NCBI RefSeq assembly: GCF_009914755.1
Contig: NC_060933.1
Length of the DNA stretch: 64,000 nucleotides
Origin: the human T2T-CHM13v2.0 reference genome, Homo sapiens
Direction: 5' to 3' (one strand)
Positions within the stretch are counted from its first letter, which is position 1. The number at the start of each line of letters is the position of its first letter. Of the stretch, positions 31,501 to 41,741 are shown piece by piece. Under the pieces are notes generated by a model that worked only from the letters and a program-made list of their open reading frames with translations, did no database searches and was not told where the DNA came from. The translations under genes and the position numbers were made by a program.

Positions 31501-32289
31501 AATAATCCATAGTTTGAAGGTTAAATTAAAAAGCAGACTGAAAAGGTGAAGAAGCCCTCTTTTAACAACAATGGCCACATTCATCTGTAAGTACTTTTTA
31601 TATAGTTAAAGGCAATCCACAAAGTTAAGTATTTCTGTTAATATTTTGGTTCCGAAATTACCAGACACTGCATTTTACCTGAGGATGTGTTCTATTTAAT
31701 TTTTACACTGGAATCTGCAGCCAATATTTACGGAACAGACATCCTGGGGGTTTCTCAGTGTTATTGAGGACACGGTGGGGATAGAGTTTGTGTCTCATTT
31801 CTTTCTCAATACAAAGCCATGCCTTGGAGTGGCAGGATTGAAATACTGCAACTTCCATCCTTAACCCCTGTCTGCTCGGCTGTGGAGGCTGTTAAAGCTC
31901 TGAGCTGCCCAACCGGCAGAAGGAAATAACCGCGTGGCAGATTACTTGAACTGTGCTGAGCATTTTTCCTTAAATATCATAACATGCTTGCATAAGGGTG
32001 GAATTTTATTGACTACATCGTGATTTTATCATCTTTGTGTTGGAGGAAAAAACTCCTTTCCAGCCTGTGGCTCCAAGCGCAGCGCCCTAGTTCCCTTTTA
32101 GCACATTTAAATGGAAGACTACAGTCACCAGAAAAATAGTCCCAGAATTCTCATTCCGCTGCTGTAAACCAGAACCTTTCCTTAGGGAATGAAAGACAAA
32201 CCCCAAGAAAACCTGGACTGGGTGAGAAAGTAAAGCCCGTCGAAGAGAAAGCAGCACAGCATTTGGCCTGCTCTGCAAGGAGCTGGGAA

Positions 32290-33530
32290 TTCTTGCTGCG
32301 GGGGGCAACAAGATACCCACCCTCCCGCCGGGGAAGACACAGCAGGAGTAGGGCCGCCACTCCGTGCATCTCTCCTCCCGGGGGCTGCCCAGCTCTCCCC
32401 AGCGCGTTTCCTAGATACTAGGCAGGCCGGACCCCCGCTGCCCAGGGTTGGGCGCCCATGACACTGGTCAGACATCTGGTAAGCCAGGTGGCAAAGGCGT
32501 GCCAAAAAAGTGGAGCCTAGGGAAAACCGGGACGGAGCGGGCCACCCGAGTGGTAAACCTTTTCCCAATGGATGCGGGAAAAGCGCATTTGTAGTTCCCT
32601 CCTCACCGCTGTCAAGCGAGCTGATTGCTAAGGAGTGCGCATTTGCTTGCCTCTAACGTGACAGTCGCGGGAGCGCCCCGCACCCCGGGCTTCAGGGAAT
32701 GAAGGAGTCTGCCCCGAACTGGCCCCAGAACCCCCAGCCCCCAGGGCGGCCCGCGCCCGCACCCACCTTGACCACGTAGGTGACTCCGGGCCCCAGCACC
32801 TGGTCGCTGGCGTGCGGCGCCCCCCGAGGGGGCCTGGGCAGCGGCTCGTCGCCGGGCCGGCCCTTCCTGGCGGCGCTCATGGCCGGGGCGCGGGGCGCCG
32901 AGGGCGCACTGCCGTCCGGGGCGGCCAGGCTGGGCGCGCTGCAGCTGCCCGAGAGCCGCGCGCCCGCCCGCTCCCGGGCGGCCGACGACAGGCCGCGGAG
33001 GCCCGAGCTGGAGAGTTTCAGGTGGGACACCTTGTGGAGCAGGTGGCCCAGGCTGCCGGGCCCATCGTCGGGCGCCTTGCGCAGCGCCTCGCCGGACACC
33101 AAGTAGGGAGCCGCCGCCGGGGTCGCGCGCGCCGCCGAAACCTTGCCTCCGCCGCCGCTCACCGACAGGCTGTGGAGAAGGTCATCGACCGATGTCACCG
33201 AGTCATTCCTGAAGCGGTTATACTTGGTGCGTGGAAGCATGCCCCTCCGTGGGCTCGCTGCATCCGCCCGGGCGCTGCTGGTGCCGGCCCCGGCGCGGGC
33301 TGCCGCGCATAGCAGGCGAGCCACTGTCCCCGGAGCGGGACGGAGAGTGGGGGCCCCGGGACAGCCTTCTGGAGAACGAGAGCAGAGCAAGAGGATGGTG
33401 CCCTCCCACCGTTAAAAGCCAGCACAGCGGCGGCCGCGCAGCCCCGGCCCGGGAGACCGCTGCTTGGGGTTGCACGTTTGCTTTGCAAAAGTCATAGTTG
33501 CCTCTGATGGAGCGCCCAGCTGCTTGGGGC
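32290..33530. promoter_or_regulatory. SHC3: CpG island over SHC3 exon 1 / 5' leader
   Basis: Very GC-rich with abundant CpG (GCGCGC, GCGGCCGC, CCCGGG) against CpG-depleted flanks; boundaries approximate. Confidence 0.9.
32767..33240 (-). CDS. SHC3: SHC3 first coding exon (158 aa: N-terminal CH2 region and start of PTB domain)
   Basis: Translation [35 protein letters not shown]...[38 protein letters not shown] is recognisable as the SHC3 N-terminus. ATG at 33240-33238; internal Met121 (gccATG) at 32880. The exon ends in phase 0 at donor AAG|GTGGGT (GT at 32766-32765). Confidence 0.97.
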
Positions 33531-33700
33531 TGCTCACAGCAAAAGCATGACTCACTCTGAGAGGAGACCCTTCTCAACAAAGGCTCGGTGAGCACTGCAA
33601 ATCACTTCCTGTAGCAGAAGAAAAAAAAGGAAAAAAAGAAGAAAAAAACGACATCCACCCGCTGACAGCACACTATAGCCAATCAATTCTCAAATTTCCT
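33241..33700 (-). promoter_or_regulatory. SHC3: SHC3 5' leader and proximal promoter region
   Basis: Directly upstream of the ATG: AP-1 TGACTCA 33548-33554, SOX-type AACAAAG 33576-33582, CCAAT box AGCCAATCA 33677-33685. The TSS cannot be fixed from sequence alone. Confidence 0.6.
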
Positions 33701-34759
33701 TTTTCTACCTTCCCAGATATTTCCTTCCAACCTTTGATTTTTCACCTTCCCATCCCCCGCAATCTGCATTTGTGCCAAAGGTAAATCCAATCCAGTTCCT
33801 TCAAATCGTCAAATGAACTTTCTGAAACCCATTATTCTGTTAGGTTTTGCTCGTCCCTGCTCAGCCCATCTGTGTGAGCCTGTAAAAGTGTCTAACAGCG
33901 ATGCGTTAAAATGTGACGAAGGCTTTTTAAGAATCAGATCTTCAGCGAATCCTGATGAATCTTGACTTGGAAGGCAGCAGGAATTTTTAAATAGAAAAAA
34001 ACAAAAAGGATATTCACCCCCAGGTGACTGTAAAATACCAATTTCCTGGGTTTTGCTTTTTCTTTTCAAATTAACAGAGCAGCGATGACAAGTGTCTTTG
34101 TGGCAATGCAGTTCCTCAAAAAAAAAAAAAAAAAAAAATCTGCATATGAACTTCTGCACAGTGCCAATCAAGGGGTCTTCCCTGCTCATTTACAGCAGTC
34201 TTTCTCAGCCAGGGTTAAGTTGAATATCCACTTCCAAAAAAGAAGAGTGCTTCTTTCACGAGTGGCAACAGGCTCCAGAAATCCATTCCAAAAAAGGGGC
34301 TGCATTTGAAGCTTTAATCCTACTGAATGTGTTTAAGCTCTGGAAAAACGCCTAAGAAATGCTACAAATACATTTCAATGTTCCTTCAGTTGCTGCTTGC
34401 AACCCTGCAGTCAGGAAGGAAAAAATGCAGCTGTTCTTATTGCACATCAAATCCACAAGGAGGAAAATATGCCTTCTTTTCAGGAGTCAGGCTCGGGCTT
34501 GCAAGTAAAATGCACAGGCCTTCTTCCTCTCAGTTAGGAGAGCAAGGCTTTCGCTGTCCCCAGAGGTCTGCCCGAGACTGAAGCCCTCTGACTCTTGACC
34601 TCAGTGGGCTCTGCCAGGCTTCCTCATGCATTAGGATCACCTGCTCCACAGTGAAACACTCACTATCAAAGTTTTCCCGCAACTTCTGAGCAAGCGAATA
34701 AATTCAGCTCTAGCACACTCTCAGGTCACCCTGAGTCCTCTCACTCCCATGACCGAACA

Positions 34760-35370
34760 TGTGGGGCACGTGAGGTCCTGAGTCTTGAACCCTGCTCTAT
34801 GGAGCAGAGTTTAATGAGCGCCACTCATGGCGGGCGAGCGGGTGAGGCCAACCCCTAGGACGCAAGAGCGCAGAGGAGCCGCGGCGTCCCCGGTACAGGA
34901 AACGCGTCCCCACGGCTCGCCTCCTGTGCCGCAGCCCTAGCAGAACAGCTACACGGCACTCATTTGTTCCCTTTCCCTAGCTTGCATAGCAACAGCAATT
35001 GCACACCCCATAGATGATTTTGATGGTTATCAGAGTCCTCCCCAGATCTGTAGCGAAACAGCCCTATCATTCCCAAAGCGAGATCTTCATTAGATGCAGA
35101 CAAAAACCGCAAAATGTGAATGAAATGCTGTTTGTGTGAATGAAAAGGCTAGCGAGCGAGCCAGCGTTTCTGTGAATGAAGCAGGGCCTTGCAGCCGGTG
35201 CCAGGCAATCCCCTGGGCTCCAGCGGCCTCAGCCAATGAGCGGCCGCCCCGATGACTCATTCAACAAAGGCTTGCTCAATAGTGGAAGATTCCATTTCAA
35301 TCAAAGGCGGGATCTTTTATCCAACGGCAGTGTGGGAAAAAAAAAAAGAAAAAGAAAAAAAAACACCCAG
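34760..35370. promoter_or_regulatory. Secondary CpG-enriched promoter/enhancer-like element upstream of SHC3
   Basis: CpG cluster ~34815-34960, E-box CACGTG 34767-34772, CCAAT box AGCCAATGAG 35231-35240, AP-1 ATGACTCAT 35252-35260, SOX-type AACAAAG 35263-35269; non-repetitive. Confidence 0.55.
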
Positions 35371-36306
35371 CCGGATTACAAAGATACCGGGAGGAAGAGG
35401 CCAGCTGCTATGGAGAGGAAAAGCTAGTTTTACAAGGGAATTCAAGATCCCTTGGTCAGGTCTAAGTGTGAAGAGGGTCTCTCTTGGAGGTGAGCTGTGC
35501 CCCTAAACTTTCATTCAGCCGTTCATTTACATCAAGGAGCAACCATGAATGTGCCAGTCGTTCAGCTTTTATTATGAATGTACATTGAATGCACGTTCAA
35601 AACCTAGGTTCCTAGCCCTTGATTCTTTTTTTGTAAAAGGCATGTAGGACACCTGTACACGTTCTGAGGCTCCAGGGAGGAAAAAAAATCCAAAGCTATG
35701 TACTTAACGTTTAGCCAACAGGAGACTTTTATTTCTTTTATTATGAGGCCAGTGGAGGGAAATTGGTCATTTTAAAATATAAATAGCAACATAAATTTAC
35801 TATATATGAAAAGATATATAATCAAAGACAGAAATTAATATTCCAAGAACACAGTAGTACGGTAAAACCTCACTTACCTGGAAAATAGTATCAACATTTT
35901 GGAACGTAGCAGAAAGATGGAAAAAGAAAAACCCGAAGGCCTCTCAGCATCAAAAGGAGGCTGTGCAGCCCACACAGAAGCTCACACACCCTACTCATGA
36001 GAAAACCCTTTGCCCTTTCTGGGGAGCTGTTCATGTTTATTTTAGACCCTGTACCAGAAAGCCCACATATCTTCTTGATCAACATAGAGACAGATGAGAG
36101 AGGAGACCACTGGGACAGAAAATGCTAAATGTAAATGAAATTTTCTGTTGCTGGCTTGCTTGATAGCCATGGAAGGAAGCAGGAAAAAAAAACTCCATTT
36201 TAAAGTCAGCCTTGAGATTCACCAAAGCCAGGCAGTCTGGGGCAATTTACAATGAGAGCCTTTCCAGTATGTTGTGGTTTTTCTTTTTTAAATCAATGCT
36301 TAAACA

Positions 36307-36480
36307 CGTATTTGCTTTCTATGGCTGCCGTAACAAATGACCACAAAATCAATGGCTTAGAATAACACAATTTATTATCTTCCAGTTTGTAGGTAAGAAG
36401 TCCAAATGGGTCATGCTGGGATCCAGCATGGGTGTGGGCCGAGCTGGTTCCTCTGGAGGCTCTGAGGGAGAATCCACAAA
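36307..36480 (-). mobile_element. MLT1 LTR fragment
   Basis: ggctgccgtaacaaatgaccacaaa...tttattatctt...ctctggaggctctgagggagaatc. Confidence 0.6.
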
Positions 36481-36816
36481 TTTCTGAGAAGGTGCCATGA
36501 GCTGGGCCCTGGGGAAAGTGGTTTTGCCTTCTGGAAGGCAGAAGATCTGAAATTAATGTTATAACCTAGTTAAGACTATGTGAATTTTGTAATATGTGTG
36601 AGATACAAAAACTTGACCAAAGGAGTGAGCTTGTCCTGAGGATGCGGAGGTGACCCCTGACCCCAGTGGAGGCATCCTCCAGGTGACTTCACAGGAGGAA
36701 ACTGTGTGGGCAAGGGCTCCAGGCCTGAGCAGTCCAGAGTCTCCCAGAATCCCTGGTAGGTTGGTTGGGTTGGTGAGGAGGTCAGGAGGCTGGGCACTCA
36801 TAAAGGCTTAGAGGGG

Positions 36817-37600
<784 letters not shown>

Positions 37601-37859
37601 AGGGGCTTGAGAGAGGGTCACATAGTCAGGTTTGCCTTTTATGGAGACCACTTTGATAGTGACTTGGGGTGGCTCTGGGAAGTTGAGAGGAGGTAGGAGA
37701 CAACAGGACAAGTTAAAAAGAACAAGGGCTTGAATGAAAGCAAGAGCAGTGGAGCTGGAAAGAGAGGGATGGATTCAAGATAGCTGGGAAGGTAAAGGAT
37801 CTGTCTCTGTGATGAGGAAGTGTAAGAGAGAGCGAGGCTGGGTAGGCTGTCTGCAGCTA

Positions 37860-38190
37860 GAAGCTAAGACAGAGTTTGGAATGCAAGATGCTTATTAGAG
37901 ATCAAGCTCCACAGAAAGCAGGGGAGGCTGCAGGAGGGAGCAGAGGCAGAAGTGGGCTGTGACCCAGGCCCCACACACCTCGTCCTTCCAAGAGTTCTGG
38001 AGAAAGAGTGCCATCCACAGAGAGTATCCCCTGGCCTGCAGGGCTCCTCATTCACTCTCACGCACTCCCTCACTCTCTCCCACATTCACCTCTTTAGTGT
38101 GGGCTGCCCAGGGAGGAACAGCCTCCAGCAGGTGGCACCCCACAGCTGAGCACCCCCAGAAAAAGTTGATGTGAAGGCTGTGTGCCCATG
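37860..38190 (-). mobile_element. Old ERVL LTR fragment (LTR16-like)
   Basis: gagtttggaatgcaagatgcttattag...gcagaggcagaagtgggctgtgac resembles this family; highly diverged. Confidence 0.35.
38125..38138 (+). promoter_or_regulatory. Candidate CTCF core motif
   Basis: CCAGCAGGTGGCAC matches CCASYAGRKGGCRS exactly. Confidence 0.45.
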
Positions 38191-38713
38191 GCACCCTGCA
38201 GCCCAGCCTCTCCCAAAGAAAGGAATGCCAAGCAAAGCCCACGTTTCTAACTTGGACCATTGGGTTGAGCTGAATGTTAGCCATGAGGATGAGGAGCATC
38301 CCCATGACAGGCAGGTCATGGGGAAAGGCAAGGGCTGGGCTTGAATGTGTGTGAGGGGTGGGGATCTTCCATGTAGAGATGGCCAGAGCCGAAGAGCAGT
38401 CAGGGCTGGAAGTGGAAACTTGCAAATGCCAGACTTCCCAGATGGGAGCTAAGAAAAAAAAACGGTCATAATTTGGAGAATAAATATGGAAACCTGGTTT
38501 GATGAATGTCATGGAGGAGAGTTTCAAGAGAAAAACCAGTGATAGTTAACAAATGTAATGATGACAGTCATAACCACCTTGACTGAGTGTCCCTAGGCAC
38601 CAATGCATGCCTGCTATAGAGAGATATAGATAGATGGTTTACAGCCTGTTTTGAATGAAAAGAAACCAAGAATCAGAGGAGTTACAAAATGTGCCAGAGC
38701 CACACTGGGTGAG

Positions 38714-39107
38714 TGATATGGTTTGGATTTGTGTCCCTGCCCAAATCTCAGGTTGAATTGTAATCCCCAGTGTTGGAGGTGGGGCCTAATGGGAGGTGAC
38801 TGGATCATGGGGGCAGTTTCTAATGGTTTAGCTGTCCCCCAGTGCTGTCTCATAATAGGATTCTCACAAGATTTGCTTGTTTAAAAGTATGCAGCACCTC
38901 CCCCTTTGCTCTCTCTTCATCCTGCCCCTACCATGTAGATGTGCCTGCTTCCCCTTCACCTTCCGCCATAATTGTAAGTTTTCTGAGGCCTCGCCAGCCA
39001 TGCTTCCCATACAGCCTGCAGAACTGTCAGCCAATTAAACCTTTTTTCTTTATAAATTACCCAGTTTCAGGCATTTCTTTATGGCAGTGTGAGAATGGAC
39101 TAATACA
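38714..39107 (+). mobile_element. MSTA solo LTR
   Basis: tgatatggtttgg...ggactaataca; perfect TSD GTGAG (38709-38713 / 39108-39112). Confidence 0.9.
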
Positions 39108-39759
39108 GTGAGGAACTGACAGAATAGTCTTACTCCAAAGCCACGTTCATGACCCAGCATCACCCCTATTCAGACAGCTTGTGTAAGGTACCTGCTGAGA
39201 CCCATCCTTGGCAGGTGGTGATCAGCCATCACCCGACATCTTAACAATGGGGATGGAGAGGCTTCTGCTTAGGTAGCAGGATGGTGCCAGCTGAATGAGA
39301 CCAGAAATGAATGAAAAGATCATACTTTCCAAAAGATGGAATGAAATGAAAGGTGGGACATAGGGTAGTAGCCAGCAGTAGAGCAGAAGAGTACAAAGCA
39401 GGGGATGGAAGAGTTAGGAGTGTGTTTAGGGGCAGGGAGCAGAGCAGAGTGGGAGAAATCAATGCAGGAAGGAGACAGGTCAAGAGCCTGGGTAGCTCTT
39501 GCCCTGTGGGGATGGTGGGATATCTCATCCTCTGGTGGGAAGGAGGACTTGATGAGCAGACCATTCAGGGTCCAAAGTAGGAAACAGGAGTCCCTCCCCT
39601 CTGAAGTGGTTCAAAGGCAGAGACTTTAATATAACAGACATAAAGATGAGGTTAACATAGCCCCAAAGGATGGTGATATGCCAGGGATATATCATCTCTG
39701 AGTCACAAGACTCAGAGGCCATCTCCAGCTCCAGGACCAAAGCAACAGAAAGGGAATTG

Positions 39760-40030
39760 AGTCACTGGAGCCAGGAGAATCCCAGCTGGAACTTTGGAGT
39801 GGAGGTTGTCAGAGGCAGCTGAAGTTTCAGAGGGCAAAAGTTACTGACAGAGAGGAGGCCAGAGAGGGGAAATACCCAGACTGTCTCTTTCCCTACTCTT
39901 ATCTCCTGTTGGTGCCTCCCATTGGCCACATCCATGGGAAGCCAGAGGTCCAGGGAGCTTGGTGATGGGACCATGGGGAGAGGCAGCCCCCAGGCACAGA
40001 GCAGACTGGAAGGCTGAGGGGAAGTGCATG
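39760..40030. mobile_element. LTR33-like fragment
   Basis: ggtgcctcccattggcc...ggaagccagagg..cagggag...gcacagagcag motifs. Confidence 0.45.
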
Positions 40031-40958
40031 CTGAGTGTGTCTGCACGTCAATTTGTCTGTGGCGATGGTAGGAAGCTCAAAGCTTTTATGTCTGATTTGG
40101 ACGTTACACCTGACTTTCACCATGAATAAAAGGCAGGGATGTACTTAAAAAGTGAGATGATTTCATTTCTGTAAGGCATTTGAGTTGCAGTTGAAGGTAC
40201 AGAATGGCCACTGAGGGGGGCGAAAGGTGCTGCCAATGTGTCAGGATAAGCAAGGGATTGCTGCATGGCACCATGAACCAGTCATAGAGAGCCCAGATAT
40301 GGGCATCCATCTGCCTGTTTATGAAATGGAAGACAGTGAATCATTAGCTACAGGGTCCATTCTAGGATGAAGGCACGGGAGGGAGGGCCTGGAGGACACA
40401 GCCAGCAGGAGTCAGGAATGGATGTGGGGTAGAGAAGGATAGGATGGCCACTGAAGGAGGATCAAACGCAGGCACAGTGCTCTCAAGGCCCTGGGAAGAT
40501 TGCAACCTGGGGCCTTGGGGTGCACATCATGGAGAGGTGCATGGGAGCAGGTCCCTAATGGTGCCTCTTGAGGTGTAGGTGGGGAGAAGGATCAGCCTCA
40601 CCACAGTGTTGGGGGGTGGGGAGTTCCAGTTTTGTTGAAGCCAGAGTTTGGAGTCATCCTGGGAGGAGGCTGAAACAGAAGAGAGCTTCTCCAGGACAAT
40701 GTGGGAAGGGTGAGATGGCTGGGCACTCAGGGAAGAGCAAATGAGGGCACAAGTTGTTTAGAAGACAGAAGAGCCACACCTCATATTGACAGTAGAGGGA
40801 GGGGTACCCAGGCAGAGGGGCAGACGTACTCTTTGCAGGGACCCTCAGGGGACCACATGCCCATTCCCTGTTGTGGGAATGGAGAGCAGGACTGGATGTA
40901 GGAATACCTGTGGTTAAGAATAATCTGGAACAGGGCTCCCAACAGTGGAACCCAATGC

Positions 40959-40979
40959 TTCAGCACCAAGGAGAGTTCC
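40959..40979 (+). promoter_or_regulatory. Candidate RE1/NRSE (REST binding site)
   Basis: TTCAGCACCAAGGAGAGTTCC fits the 17-bp RE1 pattern NT(C/T)AG(A/C)(A/G)CCNN(A/G)G(A/C)(G/C)AG at every position. Confidence 0.65.
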
Positions 40980-41606
40980 TCACAACTGGAGGCCGGGGCC
41001 AGGCTCCCTGTCCTCAGAGAAGGGCCTTGAGCCTCAGCCAGCTCCAAGGATGGGTCAGAGCGCTGGCTCACCAGCCCTCATCGCCCTCCATATTCTGTAT
41101 TTCTAAGGTTCCAATGACGTAAGTTTCAAATTATCATCCCTCCCTCCAAGCAGCTTCAACTCCCCACACACATGTGGGAGTTGGGGTGGGAGCCACAGTT
41201 CCTCAAAGGCTACTGCTCACTGGGCCTGGCACCATGCTGAGTGCTTCCTGTGGGTCCATTATTCCTCATGACCCTACGATGACAGTCCTATTATCACCCC
41301 ATTTTACAGATAAGAACAATGAGGCCAGGAGAGACCAGGTGACTTTCTAGCAGGCAACAGAGCAGTGAGTCACACCAAAGCCAGCCTGACCCAGTGCTCC
41401 CACAAAAATAACACACAAAGAGGGTCCTCATTCCAGCTCTGCCACTGCTCAGTTCCCACCCTTATGAAGGGAGAAAAAAAACACAGCCTACCACTGCCTT
41501 ACACTGTTGCCATGGTTATCAGACGGCAGAACACAAGAGCCATGTGGGCTCAGCATGAGGTATTTTTATTATTATTGGGGAAAGATCGACATGTCACTGC
41601 CTACTT

Positions 41607-41741
41607 TTTTACTGTAAAGTAATAATTTATAATTGTATACATGTACAGGCCACAAAGAGATGTTATGATTTATGAAAACAATGTAGAATATTTCAATCAA
41701 GCTAGACAACATATCCACTACCTCAAATATTTAACATTTAA
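41607..41741 (-). mobile_element. Very short 5'-truncated L1MA 3' end
   Basis: Reverse L1MA terminus (aatcaagctag...acatatccactacctcaaata) flanked by a perfect 14-bp TSD gtcactgcctactt (41593-41606 / 41742-41755). Confidence 0.8.

Noticed and set aside
32812-33312. 166-aa plus-strand ORF (and 108-aa ORF 32780-33106) antisense to SHC3 exon 1
   Set aside because: Non-ATG starts; Arg/Gly/Ala-rich shadow ORFs expected in a stop-poor CpG island opposite a real CDS.
32692-33390. The 232-aa ORF-track entry as the true protein
   Set aside because: It starts at TTG upstream of the real ATG and runs past the splice donor into the intron; only 33240-32767 is supported CDS.
34115-34140. Poly-T tract on the SHC3 strand as another acceptor
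   Set aside because: Followed by GAG, a disfavoured acceptor; looks like a simple mononucleotide run.
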